From NCBI RefSeq assembly GCF_001194135.2, contig NC_068981.1, forward strand, positions 92,912,591 through 92,976,590: a stretch of 64,000 bases of DNA, in the 5' to 3' direction. Source of the DNA: Octopus bimaculoides. Lineage: Eukaryota. Positions 53,761 to 64,000 of this stretch are shown here, one piece after another. Below the pieces are notes generated by a model, which was not told the DNA's origin, ran no database searches, and was given only the letters and a program-made list of their open reading frames with translations. The position numbers and the translations under genes were made by a program. Numbering within the stretch: the first letter of the stretch is position 1; each line of letters opens with the position of its first letter.

Positions 53761-54576
53761 GTGTGTGTGTGTGTGTGTGTGCGTGTGTGTGTGTGCGTTG
53801 TATGTGTGTGTCTATATGTATATATACATATATACATACTTATTTATATGTGTGAGCTAGGGAGCGGATTGTAGATAGCTTGTAAACGCCAAGTAGCAGG
53901 CGGCCTGTATAGAAAACGAAAAGTGGACAGCATACGATAAAAAGCAATAACAATGTATTGACATTGAGAGTTACACCCTTTTTCCTATATTGAAGTTGCA
54001 AAGAAGTTTGGTATGCTGACAGTTTCTACATAGCTCAGTGTTAGGAAATAATGCTGCTTAAAACCGGAATAAATTTCCAAACTGAGTAACTGGAAAATGT
54101 AAAATGTAAGCGACATGTGTTTCTTAAATAGCTGTCGCTCATTACGTAAGTCTGACGCAATAATCTCTTCTCACTATAGCTAATCATCAGGCTGTGATTA
54201 ACTTAATGAAGTTTACATTAATGCAAGAAATTCCTAAGTCATTCACAACACAATGGTGAGTTCAACTAATTAGAAAAGTTAATAGCAACAATGAAAAATG
54301 TGTAAACATTAAAAAAAACAAACAAAAATGAAATAAGACAAGGTAGAAAATGCTAAAATAATTTTATCAGGAAAAATATTTTGTAACGGACTTTTTGAAC
54401 TAAGAGTAAAACAAAGGTAGATATTTATTGAGAAGTAATACAATCAAATCGAAGAAAACTTAAATGCAATGTTTTGTAAATATTTCCATAGACTCCCTCT
54501 TTTCCTTTGTGAAGATTCGTAGGGTAGGTATTTGAAGATCTGAAAAATTACATTTATGGGTGTTGAGATAAATTTT

Positions 54577-54826
54577 GTTCTGAAGTTTGATGATTTAAGC
54601 AGCAGCAGCAGCCGAAGAATGAGAAGGCGAAGAATGAGAAGGCGAAGAAGGAGTGGAAGAAGAGGTCACTTTGAGATTACTTGACCATTAAATTAGAAAC
54701 CACGGACAGCCTCTACTACTGAGTCATACCACTCTCGCCTTTTTTCTTCTACTTCCTCTTCTTCCTCTCCTTCTCCGCCTTCTCTTTCTTCGAGCTTCTG
54801 CTGCTTAAACCATCAAACTTCAGAAC
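54577..54826. repeat. Inverted repeat with GAA/GCA-rich arms
   Basis: GTTCTGAAGTTTGATGATTTAAGCAGCAG.. (54577-54665) versus the reverse complement of 54755-54826. Confidence 0.75.
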
Positions 54827-56017
54827 CAAATATATTTTCAGAACCAAATATTTCTAGTCATACCTGAGTAGAAACAATTAATCTCTCCAAATATTATGAA
54901 GAATGTATAGTTCTTTGTTGTAATTGTCCACTAAGTGAATGTACATGTATGCTCAACAGTGGTTTTGTTTTCCTGAAATTAGTAATGTTAATTTTTTATT
55001 AATTTAGATTCACAGATTGCTGAAATATTGTAATTATACGATAATCATGTAGATATAAATAATTTTGCGAATGAGGCCGATAGCAATTTAAAAGTCGAAC
55101 AGAAATATAGAGAAGATTGTTTAGAATTTAGAATTTTAGGTGTTTAAAGGAGATTCTCACGTGGGTGAGTGCAAATTAGAGAAACAATTAATTATTAATG
55201 ACAATCCAAACTTAACGGAGTATCAACTATAATTGCACTTGTTATCAAGATATTCCATTGTTTGAGAGAGATGTTACATTTATAACACATATGAAAATGA
55301 GACAAGAAAACGTAACATTCAGACATGATTTTCTCTCGGGCGTACGAGTGACAAATTAGAGAAAACAATTAATTCTTGATTACAAACATACCTTCCGTTG
55401 TTACACAGATAATGGTTTGATTGGAAGGGAAGTAACGTTTGTGCTGGGAAGCTAATCTCTTATAAGATATGTTCTACCGAAAACGTTACGTTTTATTTCA
55501 TCTTACACCACAAACGAATTCTTTGCATTTGAGAATCGATTATTTTCACTATTTAGGGAGGCAAATTAAGACTATTTTCTTCAAATACAACTGCCTATTT
55601 TATCGCAATAAAGGACTATTTTATAATATAGATGTATTTGATGTTAACAAAGTAGATATTTAAATCATGCATGATTTTGTCATATTGGGTGTATTATTTG
55701 CAATATTTATAAGGAACACATTTATAGACTCTATAGGCTTTAACTGTTTCTGCTCTTTGTCACAAAGTCGCAGTATTTTGATTACTGGAGATAAGGCTGA
55801 ACAATAGCCTTCCTGCAAGCACCTGTTCAGACAGAAACATGTGTCAACGATTATCCTCATGTTTCAGAACAATTAGGCTTCCATTCTCCGTAATGGCGTT
55901 TCAGCTTTGGAGAACTCACTCATGCTATTACATTCACATACATATATGCACTCACACACACAACTACACATACACACAAGTACATATATTTATGCTGATA
56001 TATATATATATATATGG

Positions 56018-56190
56018 AGGCTGAATCTTTAGCACACCACGCAAAATGCTTTGCGACATTTCGTCTGTCGCTACATTCTCAAATCGAACTCCGTTGTGGG
56101 AGTGATAAAATAACTATGAGTTGAGTACTGGTGGTCGATGTTATCGACAGAGCTCCTTCCCCGAAATTGCTGGCCTTGTGCCAACATTTT
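56018..56190 (+). mobile_element. Diverged SINE copy
   Basis: GAATCTTTAGCAC..AAAATGCTT..ATTTCGTCTGTC..GATAAAATAA..GTCGATGTTATCGAC..GGCCTTGTGCC matches the other copies of this family in the window. Confidence 0.6.
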
Positions 56191-56633
56191 TAACCAATAT
56201 ACATACAGACCATGTATGAATAAAGGAGTGAAAGAACGAATTAATTAATGAATATGGTACAAAAAATCATGTTGAAATCGATATTACTTTGTAAAAATGA
56301 CTGAAATACTTATTCCTCAGAAACATTTCATTTTCAGCCCATGCTTCCTATATTTAAATACAAACACAATACACCCCGACTTAAATTTATTCATACATAC
56401 ATACATACATTATATATATATATATATATNNNNNNNNNNNNNNNNNNNNNNNNNNNNNNNNNNNNNNNNNNNNNNNNNNNNNNNNNNNNNNNNNNNNNNN
56501 NNNNNNNNNNNNNNNNNNNNNNNNNNNNNNNNNNNNNNNNNNNNNNNNNNNNNNNNNNNNNNNNNNNNNNNNNNNNNNNNNNNNNNNNNNNNNNNNNNNN
56601 NNNNNNNNNNNNNNNNNNNNNNNNNNNNNNTAA

Positions 56634-56784
56634 GGGATCAGCAACAGTTGCTTCACCAAATACCGAAGTTCAGAATTAGCAGCTAAAGTGCTGAAACTCC
56701 AACAGATAGCAATAATTGGGGTTTCAGCACTTTAGCTGCTATTTCTGAACTTCGGTATGTGGTAAAGCAACTGTTGCTGATCCC
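56634..56784. mobile_element. ~150-bp fold-back MITE, TTAA-flanked (Kolobok-like termini)
   Basis: Arms of ~70 bp with about 4 mismatches around a ~14-nt loop. Termini GGGATC..GATCCC. Right flank TTAA; left flank TAA, with the preceding base lost in a gap. Confidence 0.6.
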
Positions 56785-59700
56785 TTAATTATGTTTATAA
56801 ATGTATAAGAACTTTTAAATAAGTTCTTCACCGATAATGGTGTTTACATACCGAAGGGCTTGGTAAAAATTATTAATTATTAATTCATTAATAAATTAAT
56901 AATCCTTTACCCTTTTATTTATAATTATTATATATATATATGTGTGTGTGTGTATGTATGTATGTATGTATGTATGTATAATTCTGTAAGTATGCGAAAA
57001 AGAGACGAAAGTGTTGGGGGAGATTTTGCATGAATGCGTGATTTCTGGTGTGACTGATTATTCGCGCGTGTAGTTCCAAATTAGTTTTCATGTGGATGAA
57101 AATGTCCACTAACTGGTGACATATTAACAAACAGGCCTGTTATTTACCTCTTATCATGGCACAAACTTCAAAATACATAATACTTAATACGTCATAATTA
57201 CGTTCGTAAACAATAGTCAATTTGCTTACTTCATGTTTGCTTATTACGCAAAACGATTTCGTTTTAAACACTTACTAGGAATATAATATATGTTTACTCT
57301 GGAAACCTTATTGCGTCACACGGAATACATTTAATCAATTCCGTATGGTTATATGACTTTATTTACTATTGTACATCTCCACATTCTAGATCGGATCATT
57401 TCACTAAAAGACAAATATTTCAGTATAGTTTGAACTAAACGTTAAGAAATTATAGTTATATCATACACAAAAATTAGCAGAGTGCATCACAGGCATGTTT
57501 TAGTATTTTATATATTTATTAAAACGAAAGGAAAAATTCCAATGGTAACCAATGGCAACACTAATCGATAAACACACCTAAGAACATATTTCCAATTAAA
57601 TGAAAAATATAGCGTGATGCCAGACACACAGGGAATAAAAGGGCATACAGGAAACAAACAGTATCTCCGTATATCGTCCATTATCGTACATCTAGTTAGC
57701 ATAACGTCTGTTTTGAAATAGGAAAGCTTATTTTATCAAATTTTTTTCCCCGCCGATACAGCATCTGTTAGAGCAATTCATGTAACTTCACATGCAGATT
57801 TCTTTGGAACATATCTCATATCCTCCGCGAACAATCTCCTTTGAACGATTTAATAATCAACGAATTTGCTTTCATTACAAAGTCTGTTTTATATATATAT
57901 ATACATATATATATATACATANNNNNNNNNNNNNNNNNNNNNNNNNNNNNNNNNNNNNNNNNNNNNNNNNNNNNNNNNNNNNNNNNNNNNNNNNNNNNNN
58001 NNNNNNNNNNNNNNNNNNNNNNNNNNNNNNNNNNNNNNNNNNNNNNNNNNNNNNNNNNNNNNNNNNNNNNNNNNNNNNNNNNNNNNNNNNNNNNNNNNNN
58101 NNNNNNNNNNNNNNNNNNNNNNNNNNNNNNNNNNNNNNNNNNNNNNNNNNNNNNNNNNNNNNNNNNNNNNNNNNNNNNNNNNNNNNNNNNNNNNNNNNNN
58201 NNNNNNNNNNNNNNNNNNNNNNNNNNNNNNNNNNNNNNNNNNNNNNNNNNNNNNNNNNNNNNNNNNNNNNNNNNNNNNNNNNNNNNNNNNNNNNNNNNNN
58301 NNNNNNNNNNNNNNNNNNNNNNNNNNNNNNNNNNNNNNNNNNNNNNNNNNNNNNNNNNNNNNNNNNNNNNNNNNNNNNNNNNNNNNNNNNNNNNNNNNNN
58401 NNNNNNNNNNNNNNNNNNNNNNNNNNNNNNNNNNNNNNNNNNNNNNNNNNNNNNNNNNNNNNNNNNNNNNNNNNNNNNNNNNNNNNNNNNNNNNNNNNNN
58501 NNNNNNNNNNNNNNNNNNNNNNNNNNNNNNNNNNNNNNNNNNNNNNNNNNNNNNNNNNNNNNNNNNNNNNNNNNNNNNNATATATATATATATGTATATT
58601 TATATATAAATATGCGTGTGTGTTTGTGTACGTATTAACTACATACATATGCATATACATACATTTACTGTTTCGACGATTGATAAGAATTTATGAATAC
58701 AATCGGATTGTTGAGAAGGTTATAACCTGTTTATTAGGAAAAAATCAATAACCCAAGCAAGAATAAAATTGTAATATAAATTCGTACATGCTCGTTTTAT
58801 AATAAGGGTATTGCGCTATGTATACGAATGTTGCTTAGTAATATCAATGAAACAAGAGAGAATTTTTCATTATCTCATAAAGTCATATTTATGTCCAATA
58901 TGTTCGTTGAATGATAACACTTTGTATTTCTTTTGAAATGTAGTGCTAAGATAAATATTCACAATATTTCTTGAAGATCATTGAAAGTTTTCTGATATGT
59001 CAGGATATATATGCAATGATATATAATTTCAATCGCATGAATTCAAAAAAATTCTAATATATATTCCAGATAGTTAATATGTATATAAATGTAGTCAGAT
59101 AACTATCATGGAATTAATGAATAATTAAAATAATGTTGCATTACGAATTAATTCTCGGACTATTAATCATATAAATGCGAAAACTGGATGTATTCCTTGA
59201 ATATTACTAAATTTCTGTACAGGGAATGTTTGTTAGTTCAATATTCTTTATCATTAACGTTTTATTGAAATATTTATCACAATATTATATTTTACATTTG
59301 TAATTGATCTTAACTAACTAGCATTGCTGTTTACAGTCATATATCCCCTTTTATTTTGTAGGAATGATATTTATGTGGGAAATGTATGAACGCTGTCTTA
59401 TATGTTATGTTATACAAAGTGATCACACACACACATACACACATACAATAACACAAGAACACAAACACACTCTCACCTACAAACATACACACACACACTC
59501 ACCCATACAGTGTCACACACAACACAGCCACGCGTATGCATATTTGTAAAGAGTCCTTTTTTTGTGCCCTACTAAAACAGACATAAATACAAACTTCATG
59601 AATAATGCAATATTCAGGCAGTTGACCATCGATAATTCTATAGAAGACATCGGTGATAAACATCCTGACGTTTTGTATCATTTCAATATTTCTTTACGTT

Positions 59701-60164
59701 ATGGCACTGCAGCTGACGTGAAATACCTGTGAACACTGAAGTTTAGAAGAGGTCTAGTGCTTCCACCTCTTGCAGCAGTAGCAGTACTAGACGTTGTGGT
59801 TGATGTTGCATCTATAAGGGTTACAGGATTGGTAGAAACCCTCATTTGTAGTTACATGATACACAGTAGACAAGATATGATGCAGTCTGCTCGTAATATG
59901 GTAAGATAGTAAAAAGTTCCACGTTTGGAAGTGAGAGACAGATTTGCAGTCTATTCGTTGCCTTTGAAATGATTTTAAATGGGCAAGTAAAATATAGACG
60001 AATTGTAAACTTATGCTGACGTCTCATTAACATGTTGGATTTTCATAGCTCGTATAATGACTGCTAGAGCATGAAAGTGTTACAATTTTGGCGTAGTCTT
60101 ATAACTCTCCTAAACAAATTCTGGAAATCTCTATCTTCCTTTAAGATTACTAGTTGACTTTGAG

Positions 60165-60446
60165 TTTGCTAGTATGTTTTTGGGGTAGTTGGTACTTAAT
60201 TTATTGTTACTTAGCTTAATCATTTCTTCGTAGTGGGTATCACGATCGCTACTTATATTCTGTGTTCGATGTTTTAGGCAGTGAGCAATCCTCTACTTAC
60301 ATTGTATGGATGGTGGGAACTGAAGTTGAGGTATCGTCCAGTGAAGATCGGCTTGCGGTATACGGATGTCCTGAATCCATACTTGGTGCGTGTTATTAAT
60401 ACGTCCAGGAATGCTAGCTCATTGTCCTTTTCCTTTTACATTGTGA

Positions 60447-60447
<1 letters not shown>
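60165..60447 (-). mobile_element. Penelope-like element reverse-transcriptase relic
   Basis: Minus-strand FTM*KEKDNELAF(fs)LDVLITRTKYGFRTSVYRKPIFTGRYLNFSSHHPYNV..(fs)IAHCLKHR..ISSD..EEM..NYPKNIL matches the PLE RT motif FTxExE..LxFLDV..TSVYRKPT..YLxFxSxHP. Confidence 0.85.
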
Positions 60448-60484
<37 letters not shown>

Positions 60485-60514
60485 TAATAATAATAGTGAT
60501 GGTGATGGTGATGG

Positions 60515-60560
<46 letters not shown>

Positions 60561-60827
60561 GGTGGTGATGGTGGTGGTGGTGGTGGCGGTGGTGGTGGTG
60601 GTGATGATGATGATCATGATGATGATCATGATGATCATGATCATGATGGTGATGATCATGATGATGATGGTCATGATGATTATAATAATAACGTCGAAAA
60701 CTACCTTAAGAACGAGAACCCAGGCTCGAAATTCCCCCATGATACCTGATAAAGGCTGCAGAGTATATCAGCCGAAACGTTGTGTTAACAACAAACAAGA
60801 CGAGGACAAATATCCGTCAAATAATGT
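60448..60827 (+). mobile_element. Family-A tail (triplet microsatellite plus hammerhead), 3'-truncated and inverted relative to the adjacent PLE RT
   Basis: From 60691 it aligns with the family-A tails. Hammerhead at 60741-60786 has the core CUGAUAA (one substitution). Confidence 0.85.
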
Positions 60828-61089
60828 CCGTAGAATAATATTAATAAGAAAGAAATCGTATTTGAGCAAAGCTACAGAAAGTTTCAGAGACAAATCAGGA
60901 AATGTAAAACTGACAGACTACGTGGAGAATGCACTGGTAGAACTTGTATTGATTAAAACATAGAGATATAACACGAAGATGAGACCAGATGAGACATTGT
61001 GATTCGAGAAGATAAACAGTTTCAGCAGAGAATGTGGGAGATTTTCAAAAAAGAACACGTCCATAATTTGGTAAAAAGAAAATGCTGAC

Positions 61090-61570
61090 TTAGCGACAAA
61101 CTGGAAGCGTCACAATTGCGAGTTCGAAATACTTTTCTTCCTCGAAATACACGAATGTATCTAGTTCATCTATGTAAGCATATACATACATGCATATGTG
61201 CGCGCGTGTGTGTGTGTATGTGTGTGTATGCATGAATGTATACATGGAAATGTGTATTTTTGTATCAGATGAGACAATGTCCGGCGAATATGTTGGATGG
61301 GGCATCGCTTCTTAGTCAACCTACTCAAGCCTTTGGAATGTCATCTTCACTGTTTGTGGCCGAGCATTATCCTGATGGAAGAACACCTTTCATCTTGAAA
61401 TCAAAGATGGTTATTTTTCTCCTAGTGCTGAGTTGAATGACTGGTTGAATGAACTAATCCAAGCTTCTCCGCTAGTTTCTCAACAGTTACGATGGTATTT
61501 TGTTCCACCATGGTATGCAGGACGCCTTTCTTGAGCCCTACATACCTCCCAGGACAGTTTTCGTTTTCTA
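61090..61570 (-). mobile_element. Internally deleted mariner transposase relic, split by a microsatellite
   Basis: VEQNTIVTVEKLAEKLG (HTH), VFFHQDNARP, PHPTYSPDIVSSD (HPPYSPDLAPSD motif) and KYFELAIVTLP (C-terminal). Confidence 0.8.
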
Positions 61571-61939
61571 GGTTGTAGTTTCCGACTTGGAATTTCAGGA
61601 ACTACCATTGACACTGGCTTACCCTTATTGTCCGATCCCCATATACTGCATTAATATTCCTCGCACTTTCTGTTGCGTTGTTGCCTTTATTGAACTCATA
61701 AAGCAAAATATGCCAAATATGTTCCTCTGTCACTTCCATTATGGCTTTGAAATAATGACTGTTAAAATTGAACTGCACTCTTCAAAACTTGCACTAAGAA
61801 TAAGGACAAGCTAAAATTGTTACGTGCTTTTATAACAAATTGATACACGTAGTTCATCTCGTCGACCCATCGACTTTTAGTTCATGCAACAGAAAAAAAC
61901 ACATTATCTATGTCATTACACATTACATCGTGATGCAAG

Positions 61940-62095
61940 TCGGTGAACAAGCAGATTCGTTACCACGCCAGACAAAAATACTCAGCGGCATTTCCTCCGT
62001 CTTTGCGTTGCAAGCTGAAATTCCGCCGAGGTCGACTTTACCTTTCATATTTCGGGGTCCATAAAATAAACACCAGTTGAGCATAGGCCTCATAC
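61940..62095 (+). mobile_element. SINE copy
   Basis: GCAGATTCGTTAC..GGCATTTCCTCCGTCTTTGCG..AAATTCCGCCGAGGTCGACTTTACCTTTCAT..CGGGGTC. Confidence 0.7.
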
Positions 62096-62777
62096 ATAGC
62101 CGTCAGTGCTCGGAATTGCTTCCCGCGATCCAAAATTTGAAATCGATATGACCCTTGGTTACCGAGATATGTAGAATTTAAATTTCTTTAGAGCATCTGA
62201 TTTATGGAGAAGGACCAAGAGATTATTCAGATTTATAGATGTAAGTTAAAGTTTTCTTTAAATACCGATATAAGCTACACTTAATTCAAGAGTCTGCTGT
62301 AAACGAAACAAACTGAGAGAATGCGTGAATCTTCCTGCTAAAATAGTGACGTGTTGTTCATGAAAACGGGATTGCATAATCTTCTATGACTTCAGAGGTA
62401 TTTATGGAGATTGTGCAATTCAGCAAATGTTTTGCGTCTGATATTCAGATAATCTGAAGAATAATTAAGTCTATGAGCATAAGATTACTCTTTTTATACC
62501 GTTTTCAAACAAGCATGATCCACAGGGATTTGTCCAATTTCTTTGTGGTTTATATCTCGCAAATATCTTGCATTTTGCACTGTAATTATCATCGTATTCT
62601 TTTCAAATACAAATATATTGTCGACTTCCTCGTTTTTATAATTCTGATGGCAGTAGTATGGCTGGAGAAAATTGAACAATATCTGGTTTAAATATGTATT
62701 CTATGATATCTATATAGAGTTTATGACTTTAGCGTCGTATAGCATTTGTACGTGTGTGTATATGTATATTTATATAT

Positions 62778-62940
62778 AGGAGAATTCACGAAAAAACAAC
62801 AGACGAAGACAGGTGGTGTAAACAACGAATGGATGTATTAGTATAACGCTCGGGAATAGAGAATGTCTTTAACGTTTCGAGCCTACGATCTTGAACAGAA
62901 AGGAACACAGAAAGAAACAAGGAGAGAAACAAAATATATA
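62778..62940 (-). repeat. Repeat fragment with a degenerate hammerhead-like motif (family B) at 62867-62902
   Basis: Reverse complement reads CUUU-CUGUUCA-A-GAUC(GUAG)GCUC-GAAA-CG-UU-AAAG. Helix I and the ACGU helix III are intact; the core has two substitutions. Confidence 0.5.
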
Positions 62941-63506
62941 ATCAGAAAATAGGAAAAACTTAGATCAACAAACAATTCAATTGGACCACATGTGTACTTA
63001 TTTTATACAAAACATGATATAACATTTACGTGACATAACAATTCTTACGGCCGTTTCCTCTTCCGATATCAATCAGTGCCTACGAAAGAATTGCGAAAAT
63101 AATATTCTTCATCTTCATAGGACATTAGAACCAGAACATGGAGCTTTATCAGAGTGAGTAAAAAAGCATCCAGAAAATAAAAAAAAAAAGGAAGAGGGAA
63201 TAAGAAAGAAAACATGGCATAAAGAATAAGCCTAGAGGCCTCTTTCGATTTCTAAAAGAATGTTGATGTGTGACTAGTCTACATTTCATCTCATTTTGGG
63301 TAGCTCCTATGTAATTCATTTTACTAAATTGTGTTGTGACTGTGCATTGGCAAATTACGTCCTTAATGCTACACTGTTGTTACATGTACTCTACGTGCAT
63401 AGTGTGCATCCATACCCATGCCCAGAGATAAAACGGGTAACTGATACCGATAGTAAATACGTATACTTTATCCCTTAGTTTGTTACTATAACCTTTATTC
63501 TGCTTA

Positions 63507-63569
<63 letters not shown>

Positions 63570-64000
63570 NNNNNNNNNNNNNNNNNNNNNNNNNNNNNNN
63601 NNNNNNNNNNNNNNNNNNNNNNNNNNNNNNNNNNNNNNNNNNNNNNNNNNNNNNNNNNNNNNNNNNNNNNNNNNNNNNNNNNNNNNNNNNNNNNNNNNNN
63701 NNNNNNNNNNNNNNNNNNNNNNNNNNNNNNNNNNNNNNNNNNNNNNNNNNNNNNNNNNNNNAAGCTGAAGGAATTTTTATTAAATATGTTATGGCTTTTT
63801 TAGCTTTACTCTTCCTCTACACATTGTGTTTATCATTTTTGAGATTTGAAGAAATCTTAACTTTTTTCACGCATATGAGGATGGTGTTCCAAATAGAAAA
63901 CGAAAGAGTTTATTGAACAAACCAATAGAGTCAACGAAGTAAACAATCCTGGTTTGCGCTAAGAGTACTCTAAAAATGAAACCACTAAATTATTATTATC

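Noticed and set aside
1459-63570. Long ORFs made of YI/CV/HT/X runs, poly-S, poly-Y, poly-K/F or poly-I
   Set aside because: They are translations of microsatellites and N-gaps, not genes.
1-64000. CRISPR array, rRNA or telomeric repeats
   Set aside because: None seen; no regularly spaced repeat-spacer structure is present.

Overview
This is AT-rich, microsatellite-saturated eukaryotic DNA with about 13 N-gaps, nearly all abutting dinucleotide or other short tandem repeats. The SINE and microsatellite content suggests an octopus genome (inference). I recognise no intact host protein gene, rRNA, true tRNA gene or CRISPR array. The window is a layered set of decayed transposons. (1) A near full-length Tx1/L1-clade LINE (10199-15539) with a perfect 13-bp TSD, a nested tRNA-SINE, and an insertion site inside a ~0.5-kb tandem duplication. 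(2) An RTE-clade LINE relic and a second Tx1 3' fragment embedded in (GATA)n. (3) Tigger/pogo, Tc1 and mariner transposase relics and a Helitron helicase relic. (4) Several tRNA-derived SINE families. The most striking signal is a repeat family with a tRNA-like Pol III head, a triplet-microsatellite linker and a 3' tail containing a minimal type-I hammerhead ribozyme. It inserted twice as a TSD-flanked head-to-head palindromic dimer (20851-21437, 51264-51756). A further copy of the tail is fused, inverted, to a Penelope-like reverse-transcriptase relic (60165-60827). Together this suggests a Penelope-mobilised, ribozyme-bearing SINE. Two more degenerate hammerhead-like families and several other fold-back structures are also present. 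Coordinates of decayed relics are approximate and all alignments were done by eye.
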